Positions 17,248 to 27,591 are shown, counted from the stretch's first letter. The stretch: 64,000 nt of DNA from Thermodesulfobacteriota bacterium (GCA_049323655.1 JBMONO010000022.1:14993-78992), one strand, 5' to 3'. The notes: generated by a model from the sequence alone, not told the origin. A program made the numbers and translations.

Positions 17248-20154
17248 TCATGCCGGCGAATCAGTCATTTTCCCGAAGGAAAGCGGGCAGCGCACCGTGT
17301 GGCCGGCCTTGTTGCGGAAGAGAAGATAGCCGTGGCGCAGGGCAAAGTGCAGGAGATCCCGGGTAATCTCGACATCGCGGCGGCAGTATTCAATGATCTT
17401 GGCGAACTCGCCCTCTTTATACCATTGCAGGGCCAGCAGGCCGCTGCCGCCCTTGCGCACCCCGAGGGTCTGTTCCGCCAGGGCCTCCAGGCTGAGCCGG
17501 TAGCCGAGCCGTTTTTTCACCTCCACCAGGAGGTCAAGGGAGGGCAGGCTGCTCAGCGGAAAATCGGTGTAGGCGGATAGCACCTGATAATCAAAACGGG
17601 TCGTGTTGAAGCCGACCACCAGCTCAAGCCGGCGCAGGTGGGCGATCAACCCCTCCACCTCTGCCTCGGCGTAGACGGCATAGTCATCGCTTTCGCCGTC
17701 ATAGACCACCGCAAAACTGATCCCCATCCGCTCGGCCCGGTGCCAGCCGCCCACCTCCGCCGCCGACCGTTTGGTCTCCACGTCAAAGACGCCGTAGCGC
17801 CGGGGCAGGACAAAGGCAGATCTTACAGATCGCCCGGGCTTTTCCGGCGCGACAACGGCGGACCGCTGTCCATCGACCTCCCCCTCCCTGGCCAGCAGGC
17901 CGTCCAGCACCGCCAGGGCCGCCGCCTTGTCGATCGGCCTGTTGCCGGAGCCGCACTTGGGCGAATGGACGCAGCTCGGGCAGCCCGTTTCGCAGCCACA
18001 GTCGCCAATGGTCTTGCGGCTTGCCTCCAGCAGTTCGCGGATCCGGCGAAAAACCTGACGAGCCAGGCCGACGCCGCCGGCATGACCGTCATAGATGAAG
18101 ATGGCCGGCGCGCCCAGCTGCGGATGGAAGGGATAGGAGATACCGCCCACATCATTGCGGTCGCAGAGCACCAGCAGGGGGAAGACGCCGATGGCGGCAT
18201 GCTCCACCGCGTGGATGCCGCCCATGAAGTGCATCTGCCGCCCTTCCAGCTCCCGTTGCAGGGCAAGCGGCACCTCGAACCAGAGTCCTTCGGTTTCAAA
18301 AATCCGGGGCGGCAGATCAAGGACGCCGGTGCCGATGGTCTGCTGGCCGCGGATCCGTTTCCGCACGAAACCGGACACCTGATCGGTGACCCGCAGCCGA
18401 CCGCTGGCAGCCCGGATCGCGCCGATGCGCACCGTCTCCTCCACCGCGAGGATCTCCGTCTCCTTGTTCGCCATGGCGCGGGTGAAATAATTGACCCGGG
18501 CCGGTCGGACCCGCACCAGACGGGCATCGAGGTCGAGCTGTTCGACGATCCAGGTCTCCCCCATGTGTAGATAGACGGCGCCGGGGTGACATTCCCGGAA
18601 ACAGCGGTGTTCGTCGATTTCGCCAAGCAAGCTGTCGTCCTCGCCTTTTCTGATCGCGTACTGGCGACCGCCGCCGCGCAGATCGACCTCCCGCTGGGGA
18701 TAGCGGCGATTGGTGTGCCAGGTAACCCCGCCGGCGTCAAGGAGGAGATCCCCGTCGCCGGCAAGATCCTCCACCCCCTCCCGGCACCAGGACGGGGCAA
18801 GGAGCGGTTCGTCGCGATTCAGGGGAATCTCGGCCGCGGCGCAAATCAGGTGCCGCCGCATGATGACCTGATTGGCGGGGTTCAGCACCGCGTCCTCCAC
18901 CGGCCGCTCGAAAAAATCGCGGGGATGGCGGAGAAAGTACTGATCGAGGGCATCCTCCTGGGCAAGCAGGATGACGAGTGAATCATTCTGGCGCCGCCCT
19001 ACCCGGCCGCCCCGCTGCCGGGTGGACATGATGGAGCCGGGATAGCCGACCAGGATGCAGATGTCGAGATTGCCGATGTCGATGCCGAGTTCAAGGGCGC
19101 TGGTGGAGACGACGCCGAGCAGATCGCCGCTGGCCAGCCCGGCCTCGATCTGGCGCCGGTCCTCCGGCAGGAAGCCGGCCCGATAGGCGGCAAGCTTGCC
19201 CGCGAGCGGCCCGAGACGGGAAGAGGTCCAGCTCGCCACCAGCTCGGTCAGTTTGCGGGACTGGGTATAGACAATGGCCCGCAGGCCCCGTTTCAGGGCC
19301 GCCTCCAGCATCTGGCTGGCGGTGGCGGCCGCCCCTTCCAGGGGGTCAAAGAGAATAAAGTGCTGCTCCCCCCGGGCCGCGCCGCTGCCGACAACAAGGG
19401 TCACCGGCCGGCCGATCAGTTCCCGGCCTAGACTTTCCGGGTTGCCGATGGTGGCGGAAAAGAGGAGAAAGCGTGGGTCGGCGCCATGCAGGCGGCAAAC
19501 CCGCTGCAAACGCCGGATGACCCAGGCGACATGGCTGCCGAACACACCGCGGTAGGTGTGCGCCTCATCGATGACGACATAGCGGAGATTGGCCCAGAAC
19601 GACGACCAGCCGCCGTGATGGGGCAACAGGGAGAGGTGCAGCATGTCCGGGTTGGAGATGAGAATGTCGGGCGGATTGTCCCGCAGCCGGCGGCGCCGGT
19701 GGCTGCTGGTGTCGCCGTCGAGGATGGCGGCGCTCACCGTTTTCCCTTCAAGGGCCATGCCCCGGACCAGCTCGTCGATGCCGCGCAGCTGATCCTGGGC
19801 CAGGGCCTTCAGTGGAAAGAGGTAGAGGGCGGTGCCGGCCGGCCCGGCCAGGAACGTCTCACAGACCGGTAGATTGAAGATCAGGCTCTTGCCGCTCGCC
19901 GTCGGGGTGGCGACGATGATGTCCCGGCCCCGCCGGATCGCCTCAATGGCCTCGGCCTGATGGCAATAAAGCGAAGAGACGCCGAGCTCGGTCAGGGCGC
20001 GCTGGAGCGGGGCCGGCAGCGGCGGCGAGAGCTCGCCGTAACAGGCCGGGGAGCCGGCGATCCGTTCGTGGTGAACCACCTGCGGCCCGAAGCGCGGGGA
20101 TGCGGTAAGCGCGGTAATGTAATCGAGGACCGTGGCTGGTCGGGGCTGTGTCAT
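17248..20154 (-). CDS. MrfA/YprA-like DEAD/DEAH helicase (DUF1998 zinc-finger domain) fused to a C-terminal DEDD-type 3'-5' exonuclease (YprB/MrfB-like)
   Basis: Walker A ATPTASGKSL and DEAH box VIDEAHTYRG. Cys cluster CGCETGCPSCVHSPKCGSGN. C-terminal Exo motifs FDVET, GFNTTRFDYQVL and EYCRRDVEITRDLL. Start set at MTQPRP, because the longer ORF runs into a repeat element. Confidence 0.8.
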   Translation of the reverse strand: MTQPRPATVLDYITALTASPRFGPQVVHHERIAGSPACYGELSPPLPAPLQRALTELGVSSLYCHQAEAIEAIRRGRDIIVATPTASGKSLIFNLPVCETFLAGPAGTALYLFPLKALAQDQLRGIDELVRGMALEGKTVSAAILDGDTSSHRRRRLRDNPPDILISNPDMLHLSLLPHHGGWSSFWANLRYVVIDEAHTYRGVFGSHVAWVIRRLQRVCRLHGADPRFLLFSATIGNPESLGRELIGRPVTLVVGSGAARGEQHFILFDPLEGAAATASQMLEAALKRGLRAIVYTQSRKLTELVASWTSSRLGPLAGKLAAYRAGFLPEDRRQIEAGLASGDLLGVVSTSALELGIDIGNLDICILVGYPGSIMSTRQRGGRVGRRQNDSLVILLAQEDALDQYFLRHPRDFFERPVEDAVLNPANQVIMRRHLICAAAEIPLNRDEPLLAPSWCREGVEDLAGDGDLLLDAGGVTWHTNRRYPQREVDLRGGGRQYAIRKGEDDSLLGEIDEHRCFRECHPGAVYLHMGETWIVEQLDLDARLVRVRPARVNYFTRAMANKETEILAVEETVRIGAIRAASGRLRVTDQVSGFVRKRIRGQQTIGTGVLDLPPRIFETEGLWFEVPLALQRELEGRQMHFMGGIHAVEHAAIGVFPLLVLCDRNDVGGISYPFHPQLGAPAIFIYDGHAGGVGLARQVFRRIRELLEASRKTIGDCGCETGCPSCVHSPKCGSGNRPIDKAAALAVLDGLLAREGEVDGQRSAVVAPEKPGRSVRSAFVLPRRYGVFDVETKRSAAEVGGWHRAERMGISFAVVYDGESDDYAVYAEAEVEGLIAHLRRLELVVGFNTTRFDYQVLSAYTDFPLSSLPSLDLLVEVKKRLGYRLSLEALAEQTLGVRKGGSGLLALQWYKEGEFAKIIEYCRRDVEITRDLLHFALRHGYLLFRNKAGHTVRCPLSFGKMTDSPA

Positions 20155-20171
20155 TTCTTTCGAATCGAATG

Positions 20172-20310
20172 GTGATGAAATCGCAAAAGGTCCTTTTATT
20201 ACCACTGAGAGTACAGAGCGCACAGAGATAACTAATTGTAATTAAAGATGTTTTCTCTGCGTTCTCAGTGCGCTCTGTGGTGAAAAAAGACTTTTTACGG
20301 GTTTGTCAAT
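20172..20310 (-). repeat. MITE/REP-like element, copy A (inverted relative to copy D)
   Basis: The reverse complement is nearly identical to copy D over about 100 nt (...cccgtaaaaagtcttttttcaccacagagcgcac.gagaacgcagagaaaacatctttaattacaattagttatctctgtgcgctctgt...). Confidence 0.85.
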
Positions 20311-20551
20311 CATCAATGATGACGATTTCGGGAAAACAGCAAATCAACCAATGAGAGGGCGGAGCAGACAGAGATAACAGAGGCAGCATACCGACAATTT
20401 GGCCGGCTGTCTTCTCTCTTTTACCGGCAAAGCCATCGCTTGAAAGGCCGTTTCGCGCATTTCCCATTGAAAGGAAACGGGAAAAAGGCTAAATGAAAAA
20501 ATTCACCATCAGCCATCGCACTCCGCTGCCAAGGGAGAGAAGACGACGATC

Positions 20552-22234
20552 ATGACCACACCCACCACCATTGCCATCATCGGCCCCCGCGGCTCCCATG
20601 CCTGGCTGGCGGCCCGCTCCGTTGCCCCGGACGGCAACATCGCCTCCTATCCCCACAGCACCTTCGCAGTGGAGGCCTTCGCCGCCCGCCGGGCCGATTT
20701 TCTGCTCCTGCCGGTCTACAACAGCCGTATCGGCGGCATTGTCCGCTCCTTCCAGATCATGGAAAAGCTGAGCAGCAGCTACTGGATCGACAACATCGTC
20801 CTGCCCATCCACCTTTCGCTTGGCTCCCTGAACCGGGAAGCGGAGCTGAAGATCCTGCTCGGCACCAAGATGGTGCTGCGCCAGTGCGAGGACCATTTCG
20901 CCCGCATCTATCCCGATCTCTCCCTGCTCAGCGTCACCGACCTGGAAGAGGCGATTGCCGACATCAAACATAACAACCGGGTTGACTGGGGCGTCATCGA
21001 GGCGGAGAAACTGCTGCTCGACCAGGGCCTCATCATCCGGGAGCGGGAAATCGTCGCCCACAACAAAACCCGTTTCGCCCTGCTCGGCCATGAACCGGCC
21101 CCCCGCACCGGCTATGACGCCACCTCGCTCATCACCGTGCCCCTGAAAGACCGGGTCGGCATGCTCTACGACACCCTGGGGGAATTCACCCGGCGCGGCA
21201 TCAACATCCTCGACATGCGGGCCGAATCCGACGCCCGCACCCAGAAACTGCAGATCTACATCGAGGCAGAGGGCCACCGGGACGACGCCCCGCTGGCCGC
21301 CGCCCTGGATAGCCTGGAACGGCAGGTCATCGGCGAGGCCGACTCCCTCAAGATCCTCGGCAGCTACCCGAGGGTGGACATGCGGGTCAAGCGGATCAAG
21401 ACCTTCGGCTTCATCGGCACCGGCGACATGAGCAAATGGTTTGCCGACAAACTGGAACACGAGGGTTACAAAACCGTGCTCACCGGTCGCTCCACCCCGG
21501 TGCGGCCGGAGGCGATGATCCCGGAGGTCGATGTGGTGCTGATCTGCGTGCCGATCAGCAATACCCCGGAGACCATCGAACGATACGGCCATCTTCTCCG
21601 CGACGGCCAAGCCCTTATCCTGCTGGCAGGTGAGGCGGAAAAGACGCTCAACACCGCCCTGGCCCATACCAGCGAGGGGGTGGAACTGATGCTGGTCCAC
21701 AACCTTTGGGGACCGGCGGCAGCCACCATGAAGGACAAGAACGCCTCGGTGGTCCGCACCCCGCGCAGCGGTCCGCTGTGCGGCGAATTCGAGGCCTTTC
21801 TTTACAAGCACGGGGCGGGCATCTGCCATGATACCCCGAACAGCCATGATCTGCTGATGGGCGTCGGCCAGAAACTGCCCACCACCATCTCGGTGGCCCT
21901 GGCCCGCGCCCTGGCCGACAACCAGATCAACACCAGCGACATTGCCAGCCACTCCACCCTCACCTCCCTGTACGGCATCCTCGCCATGTCGCGGGTCCAT
22001 AACCAGAATGCCCGCACCTACGCGGAAATCATGGCCACCGGCGGCGACGGCCGGAAAATCGTCAGAAGTTTTGCCGAAAACCTGCTCAAACTCATCGACA
22101 TGTCGGAGCAGGGAAAAATCAACGAGCTCTGCGCCTTTATCGAAAACAACAGAAACTACCTCAGCGACGACTTCCTGCGCGCCTCCATGAAACAGGCCCT
22201 GGCCGTGGACGAGGTGCTGGGGAAATTGGTCTGA
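20552..22234 (+). CDS. fusion protein: prephenate dehydratase plus ACT domain (PheA-like) joined to a prephenate/arogenate dehydrogenase (TyrA-like)
   Basis: N-terminal half: IAIIGPRGSH, NKTRFALLG, and an ACT-like segment (LITVPLKDRVGMLYDTLGEF). C-terminal half: Rossmann FGFIGTGDMS, HNLWGP and SHDLLMGVGQKLP. Confidence 0.7.
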   Translation: MTTPTTIAIIGPRGSHAWLAARSVAPDGNIASYPHSTFAVEAFAARRADFLLLPVYNSRIGGIVRSFQIMEKLSSSYWIDNIVLPIHLSLGSLNREAELKILLGTKMVLRQCEDHFARIYPDLSLLSVTDLEEAIADIKHNNRVDWGVIEAEKLLLDQGLIIREREIVAHNKTRFALLGHEPAPRTGYDATSLITVPLKDRVGMLYDTLGEFTRRGINILDMRAESDARTQKLQIYIEAEGHRDDAPLAAALDSLERQVIGEADSLKILGSYPRVDMRVKRIKTFGFIGTGDMSKWFADKLEHEGYKTVLTGRSTPVRPEAMIPEVDVVLICVPISNTPETIERYGHLLRDGQALILLAGEAEKTLNTALAHTSEGVELMLVHNLWGPAAATMKDKNASVVRTPRSGPLCGEFEAFLYKHGAGICHDTPNSHDLLMGVGQKLPTTISVALARALADNQINTSDIASHSTLTSLYGILAMSRVHNQNARTYAEIMATGGDGRKIVRSFAENLLKLIDMSEQGKINELCAFIENNRNYLSDDFLRASMKQALAVDEVLGKLV

Positions 22235-22455
22235 TTAGTCTCATTAGTCTCATTTAGTCCTGTTGGTCTGATTGGTCTAATCAGCCAGACCAACCAGACC
22301 AATCAGACCAATCAGACCAACCAGACCAATCAGACCAACCAGACCAATCAGACCAATCAGACCAACCAGACCAATCAGACCAATCAGACCAACCAGACCA
22401 ACCAGACCAACCAGACCAACCAGACCAACCAGACCAACCAGACCAACCAGACCAA
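22226..22455. repeat. inverted arrays of 9-bp tandem repeats filling the spacer up to 10 nt before the next start codon
   Basis: About 6 degenerate TTGGTCTGA-like units (22226-22284), then 19 head-to-tail copies of YCAGACCAA (22285-22455, counted by hand). Confidence 0.9.
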
Positions 22456-22465
22456 CCGAACCGCC

Positions 22466-24049
22466 ATGCCAAGCCTGCTGCACCTTGCCGCCCCTCCTCT
22501 GCTCGGAGCCATCATCGGCTACACCACCAACTATGTTGCCATCAAAATGCTTTTCCGGCCCCTGCGGGCCTGGAAAATCGCCGGCATCCGCCTGCCGATG
22601 ACGCCGGGCGTCATCCCGGCAAAACGACACGAGCTGGCCCGCAACATCGGCGAGATGGTGGGTGATCATCTCCTTACCGGCCAGGACGTGAGCAGGGCCA
22701 TTGCCGGTGCGCAATTCCGGCAGAAACTGCACGAGCTCATCGCCGAACGGATCGCCTCCCTGCTGCGCAAAGATCTCGGGCCAATCGCCACTATCATCCC
22801 GGCGCGGTTTCACTCCTACTTCAAGGCCGGGGTGAAGATCATCCGGCTGCGCTTTATCACCTCCATGCACAGCTATCTGGACAGCCCGGATTTTGCCCGC
22901 ATCATCGACCGGGCCGCCACCACCCAACTCGACGCCATCATCAACAAGACCTTCAGCGCCCTCTTCCCCCGCGACAACCAGGACCATTTTTACCGGTTCC
23001 TCGAACAGACGGTGCATGAACTGCTGGCCAGCCCTGACACCAGAGAATGGATAGCCGCCGCCATCCGGGACAAAATCCATCTCACCCTGCGCGAGGGCCG
23101 CTCTCTGCATGATATCATCCCGCCCGAGATCAGCTGCCTGCTGCTCGACCGGCTGGAAGAGGAAACCCCAGCCCTGCTCGCCAGGGTCGCCGCCATGCTG
23201 GGCGAACCGGTCATGCGGGAAAAAATCGGCGACACCATTTGCCGCGCCGTGTCCGGACTCACCGCTTCCCTCGGCCCGCTTGCCGCCATGATGGCAAGCT
23301 TTGTCAGCGCGGAGACCATCCGCAGAAAGGTTGAGCAGTATCTGGCGGACAAGGGCGACGAGATCGGCGGCTGGCTGACGGACGAGGCCATTCGCCGGGA
23401 AACGGCGCGGATTCTCCGGCAGCGGGCGGAAAATTTTCTGCACCGCCCCCTTGCCGACCAGCTTGCCGGCATTGACCCGAAAAAAATCGACACCATCTCC
23501 CGCCAGTTCGGCGAACAGATCAGTCTGCTCCTGGCCCGGCCGTCCACCGCCGCGTCCGTTGCCGATCTCCTGCGCAGTGTGCTGGATTCCCAGGCGCAAC
23601 GACCGCTGGCGGCAATCATCGGCGACCTCTTCGGCCCCACTGCACTGGACCGCGGCCGACGCTGGACCGCGGCGGAGATCACCGCCCTCTTCCGTTCCAG
23701 CAAAATCAAGCAGATTCTCAACGATCTGGTGGTCGAGCTGCTGGAAAAAAAACTACTGGCCAAACCCATCGGCCGGCCGGCCGACCTCCTGCCCCGGAAG
23801 GTACAACTCTCCTTTGCCGACTATATCGAGCAACAGGTGGCCGATATCCTCGTCCGGGAGGTTCCACTGCTGGTCGATTCCCTTGACATCAAAAAGATCG
23901 TCACCCGCAAGGTCGATTCCCTCGACCTGTTGCGGCTCGAAGGACTGCTGATGAGCATCATGCAGGAACAGTTCAAGTACATCAATCTCTTCGGCGCTCT
24001 CCTCGGTTTTCTGATCGGACTCGCCAATCTCCTGTTGCTGGTCCGATAG
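22466..24049 (+). CDS. DUF445-family membrane-associated protein
   Basis: N-terminal [19 protein letters not shown] motif and C-terminal TM ([20 protein letters not shown]), as in DUF445/YheB-like proteins. Confidence 0.6.
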   Translation: MPSLLHLAAPPLLGAIIGYTTNYVAIKMLFRPLRAWKIAGIRLPMTPGVIPAKRHELARNIGEMVGDHLLTGQDVSRAIAGAQFRQKLHELIAERIASLLRKDLGPIATIIPARFHSYFKAGVKIIRLRFITSMHSYLDSPDFARIIDRAATTQLDAIINKTFSALFPRDNQDHFYRFLEQTVHELLASPDTREWIAAAIRDKIHLTLREGRSLHDIIPPEISCLLLDRLEEETPALLARVAAMLGEPVMREKIGDTICRAVSGLTASLGPLAAMMASFVSAETIRRKVEQYLADKGDEIGGWLTDEAIRRETARILRQRAENFLHRPLADQLAGIDPKKIDTISRQFGEQISLLLARPSTAASVADLLRSVLDSQAQRPLAAIIGDLFGPTALDRGRRWTAAEITALFRSSKIKQILNDLVVELLEKKLLAKPIGRPADLLPRKVQLSFADYIEQQVADILVREVPLLVDSLDIKKIVTRKVDSLDLLRLEGLLMSIMQEQFKYINLFGALLGFLIGLANLLLLVR

Positions 24050-24194
24050 CGCAAACCGGGAACGAATCTTTTTCTTTTTTTCGGAACCTTTTTCCGCCGG
24101 GGTTATCTAATCTGTTAAGCAACAGCAAAAAAACGCTGTTACCTCATTTTTCTCTCCTTTCTTCTTTTCTGTACCCCTTCCGGCAACGGAAGGA

Positions 24195-24234
24195 GCAAAG
24201 CCGGCGCCCCTCCCAGCGCCGGCTTTGCTTTTTT
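24195..24234 (+). terminator. rho-independent terminator-like hairpin
   Basis: gcaaagccggcgc-ccctccca-gcgccggctttgc followed by tttttt. Confidence 0.6.
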
Positions 24235-24354
24235 CCCCGGCCCGACAAATGATGCCCCCCGCAAGCCATGGCGAACGGGAATGCCAGAACAATGAGTTGC
24301 CAGACGCGGTCCCACGGAATCACAACTTTTTAGATTTCGGCAAAAATCAAATCA

Positions 24355-24481
24355 GACAAACCCGTAAAAAATCTTTTTCACCACAGAGTGCGCTGAGAGC
24401 GCAGAGAAAAATCTTTAATTACAACAATTTATTTCTTGGATCTCTGCGGGATCCATGGTTAATTTTCAGTTTTACGAGACC
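24355..24481 (+). repeat. MITE/REP-like element, copy B, flanked by a 9-bp direct repeat
   Basis: Same termini and core as copy D. ATCAAATCA occurs immediately before (24346-24354) and after (24482-24490) the element. Confidence 0.8.
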
Positions 24482-24651
24482 ATCAAATCAATACCGCCCC
24501 CCCCCCCGCAATCGCCGATAAACAAAGAGAAAAACTCCACATCATTTTTTTTGGAACTTTCCTCCCCCTCCCGCGTCTTATCTTTTAAAAGGCACTGAAA
24601 AATCCAGACACCTTTTTCACTCTTCTTCTTTTTCTCTCCTTCGTTGCAAAA

Positions 24652-24688
24652 ACACAAAAACCGGCGCCCCCAACGCCGGTTTTTGTGT
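24652..24688. terminator. symmetric A-tract / GC stem / T-tract hairpin (possible bidirectional terminator)
   Basis: acacaaaaaccggcg-cccccaa-cgccggtttttgtgt. Confidence 0.45.
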
Positions 24689-24765
24689 TGGTGCTTCCTG
24701 CACCGCGCTTTTCCTCTGCCGACCGCCCATTTTCTTTTTTCCCTGTCTTCCCGATAAAAAATGTG

Positions 24766-24771
24766 TATAAT
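24766..24771 (+). promoter_or_regulatory. candidate -10 box for adk
   Basis: Exact TATAAT preceded by tgtg, about 70 nt upstream of the adk ATG. No convincing -35 box. Confidence 0.35.
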
Positions 24772-24839
24772 GGGAAATTTTCCACCAAAAAGACAACCCA
24801 TTGAAACCATTCTCACCCATCAAATAGGAGAAAACAGAC

Positions 24840-25487
24840 ATGAAACTCATTCTTCTCGGCGCCCCCGGCGCCGGCAAAGGCACTGTGGCTAAAATGCTGA
24901 CCAAAATCGACGGCTCCGTCCAGATCTCCACCGGTGACATCCTGCGCGGCGCCGTCCAGGCCGGCACCGAACTCGGCAAGGAGGCGGAAGGCTACATGAA
25001 GCGCGGCGACCTCGTCCCCGACGCCCTGATCATGGGCATCATGGAAAAACGGCTGCAGGAACCGGACTGTCAGAAGGGCTTTCTGCTCGACGGTTTCCCC
25101 CGCACCATTCCTCAGGCCGAGGCATTGAAGGAGCTGCTGGCCAAACTGGGCATCAAGCTGGACATGGTGGTTGCCATCGACGTGCCCCGCGACGTCATCT
25201 TCGACCGACTCTGCACCCGCCGCACCTGCGAAAACGCCAAGTGCCAGGCGATCTACAACGTTAAGAGCAATCCCCCAAAAAAGGAAGGGATCTGCGACAA
25301 ATGCGGCGCCGCCGTCATCCAGCGGGCGGATGAGACCCAGGAGGCCATCGCCCACCGGCTCGACACCTACAACGAGAAAACCGCTCCGCTGGCCGGCTTT
25401 TACGAAAAGGAAGGGATGCTGAAAACCATCACCGGCACCTCCAGCGACGTGGTGGTGGACGGCATCAAAAAAGCGCTGGGTATCTGA
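24840..25487 (+). CDS. adk: adenylate kinase (Cys4 zinc-lid type)
   Basis: P-loop GAPGAGKGT. Lid with C..C...C..C (CTRRTC...CDKC). ADK C-terminus. Confidence 0.95.
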   Translation: MKLILLGAPGAGKGTVAKMLTKIDGSVQISTGDILRGAVQAGTELGKEAEGYMKRGDLVPDALIMGIMEKRLQEPDCQKGFLLDGFPRTIPQAEALKELLAKLGIKLDMVVAIDVPRDVIFDRLCTRRTCENAKCQAIYNVKSNPPKKEGICDKCGAAVIQRADETQEAIAHRLDTYNEKTAPLAGFYEKEGMLKTITGTSSDVVVDGIKKALGI

Positions 25488-26821
25488 TGGCGGAGAGGTC
25501 GCTGACCATTATCGGCGGTGGGCTGGCCGGTTGCGAGGCAGCCTGGCAGGCGGCCAGCCGCGGCTGCCGGGTAACGCTCTGGGACATGAAACCGCAGCGA
25601 TTCAGCCCGGCCCACTCTTCCCCCGACCTGGCGGAACTGGTCTGCAGCAACTCCTTCCGCTCCGACGATCCCTTTTCCGCCGTCGGCCTGCTGAAGGAGG
25701 AGATGCGGCGGCTCGACTCGCTGATCATGGCGGCCGCCGCTGCGACCCAGGTACCGGCCGGCAAGGCCCTGGCCGTTGACCGGAGCCGTTTTGCCGCCTT
25801 GATCACCGAACGACTCGCCGCCCATCCGGCCATCGACATTCGCCGGGAGGAAATCACCCTGCTGCCCGCTCCGACCGGGGACAGACTGACCATCCTCGCC
25901 ACCGGACCGCTGACCTCGGACCCCCTGGCCGCCTCTCTGCAAGAGATTACCGGCGACCACCTGGCCTTTTACGACGCCATTGCCCCCATCGTTGTCGCCG
26001 ACTCCCTCGACCGCAGAGTCATCTACCAGGCATCCCGCTACGATGACGGCCCGGGCGACTATCTCAACTGCCCCTTTGACCGACAACAGTACCTGACCTT
26101 CACCGCCGCCTTGGCCGCGGCGGACAAGGTTGGCCTCAAACCCTTCGAAGAACCGCGATACTTCGAGGGCTGCCTGCCGATCGAGGTAATGCTGGAACGA
26201 GGTGAGGATACCCTGCGCTTCGGCCCGATGAAACCGGTGGGCCTGCCAGACCCGCGCAGCGGACGCGATCCCTATGCCGTGGTCCAGCTCCGCAAGGAAA
26301 ATACAGCGGGCACCCATTACAACATGGTCGGCTTCCAGACCAAACTCACCTATGCCGAGCAGAGACGGGTCTTCCGCCTCATTCCCGGCATGGAACAGGC
26401 GGAATTTGAGCGGCTGGGCAGCATCCACCGCAACACCTTTGTCTGCGGACCGGCGGTGCTCTCCCCCACCCTGCAACTGCAAAAGCGGCCGGACATCCTC
26501 CTCGCCGGCCAGATCACCGGGGTCGAGGGCTATGTGGAGTCAACCGCCATGGGCCTGCTGGCCGGCATCAACGCCGCCCTGCTGCTCGCCGGCAAAACAC
26601 CGCCGCCGCCGCCGGCCGGCACCGCCCTCGGCGCGCTGATCCATCACCTCATTGCCAGCGATCCCCGCCATTTTCAACCCTCCAACGTCAACTTCGGCCT
26701 CTTCCCGGAACTGTCGCAACAGGGCAAACGCAAGGTGCCGAAAAAGATGCGCGGCCAGCTGCGCGCCGAACAGGCCCTTCACCTTCTCCGCGACTGGCAG
26801 GAAATGCTCTATGCCGGATGA
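25487..26821 (+). CDS. trmFO: methylenetetrahydrofolate--tRNA-(uracil-5-)-methyltransferase TrmFO
   Basis: FAD-binding [14 protein letters not shown] and CSNSFRS. Start shares 1 nt with the adk stop. Confidence 0.85.
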   Translation: MAERSLTIIGGGLAGCEAAWQAASRGCRVTLWDMKPQRFSPAHSSPDLAELVCSNSFRSDDPFSAVGLLKEEMRRLDSLIMAAAAATQVPAGKALAVDRSRFAALITERLAAHPAIDIRREEITLLPAPTGDRLTILATGPLTSDPLAASLQEITGDHLAFYDAIAPIVVADSLDRRVIYQASRYDDGPGDYLNCPFDRQQYLTFTAALAAADKVGLKPFEEPRYFEGCLPIEVMLERGEDTLRFGPMKPVGLPDPRSGRDPYAVVQLRKENTAGTHYNMVGFQTKLTYAEQRRVFRLIPGMEQAEFERLGSIHRNTFVCGPAVLSPTLQLQKRPDILLAGQITGVEGYVESTAMGLLAGINAALLLAGKTPPPPPAGTALGALIHHLIASDPRHFQPSNVNFGLFPELSQQGKRKVPKKMRGQLRAEQALHLLRDWQEMLYAG

Positions 26822-27578
26822 CTCGCTTCTCCACCTGCTGCGCGACACCCGGCGGCTCCTCAACTTTCACCGCCATTGCGGTCTTCACTATCCCCTGACC
26901 AAAGCGCTGGACAATGCCCTCACGGAGCGCCATCCACCCGCCGCTCTCCCGGCAACACCGACCGCACCGGCGGAAATGAGCTCGGCCCGACCGGCGGAAT
27001 CACAGCCGCCATCCGCCACCCTGGAAGATCTGAAAGGAGAAATTGTCGGCTGTCGGCGCTGTCCGCTGGCTGGTGATGGTGGCGTTATGCTGTTCGGTGA
27101 AGGCAGGGAAAACGAACCCGCCCTCTGCATCATCAGTGCCCCGCGCGGGATGACAGAGAGCGAAAAACACCAGACAATCAGCGGTGAGGCGAGGGAGCTG
27201 CTGGTCCGGATGCTGGCCGCCATCAACCTGACCATGGCGGATGTCTTCCTGACCAACATCGTCAAATGCCCGGCCACCAACGGGCCGGTCACGGCGGAAC
27301 AGGCTGCCGCCTGTCTGCCCCTGCTGCTGCGTCAGCTCGACCTCCTCCGTCCCCGGGTCATCTGCACCATGGGGCAGCTGGCCAGTCAGGTCATGCTGAA
27401 GTCATCGGCTCCGCTGCTTGCCCTGCGCGGCCGCTTTCACACCATCCGTGGTCTGCCCCTGCTGGCGACCTTTCATCCTTCCCTGCTCCTGAAAAGCCCG
27501 GAAATGAAAAAAGCGGCCTGGCAGGACCTGCAGCTCATCCAGAAGAAACTTGCTCTGCCCGTGCCGGGCAAATTATGA
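26811..27578 (+). CDS. udg: uracil-DNA glycosylase, family 4
   Basis: [28 protein letters not shown] and HPSLLL motifs. Start set at MPDDSLL, overlapping the trmFO stop by 11 nt. Confidence 0.8.
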   Translation: MPDDSLLHLLRDTRRLLNFHRHCGLHYPLTKALDNALTERHPPAALPATPTAPAEMSSARPAESQPPSATLEDLKGEIVGCRRCPLAGDGGVMLFGEGRENEPALCIISAPRGMTESEKHQTISGEARELLVRMLAAINLTMADVFLTNIVKCPATNGPVTAEQAAACLPLLLRQLDLLRPRVICTMGQLASQVMLKSSAPLLALRGRFHTIRGLPLLATFHPSLLLKSPEMKKAAWQDLQLIQKKLALPVPGKL

Positions 27579-27591
27579 GGCAAGACAGCGG

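Noticed and set aside
22226-22455. Possible CRISPR array, given the cas genes in the window.
   Set aside because: The units are 9 bp and directly abutting, with no unique spacers. The array is 32 kb from the cas genes, and the same repeat occurs as an inverted pair at 10.5 kb. It is a tandem-repeat/hairpin element, not CRISPR.
22277-23599. ORFs translating the nonamer array as [11 protein letters not shown]... or WSGWSDWSG... repeat proteins (also 22281..22472 and the N-termini of 10453..11307 and 9033..10724).
   Set aside because: The 'repeat peptides' are just the 9-bp DNA repeat read in different frames on both strands. The arrays sit exactly between the well-supported stop and start codons of flanking genes, and the real tlyA and DUF445 starts lie downstream of them.
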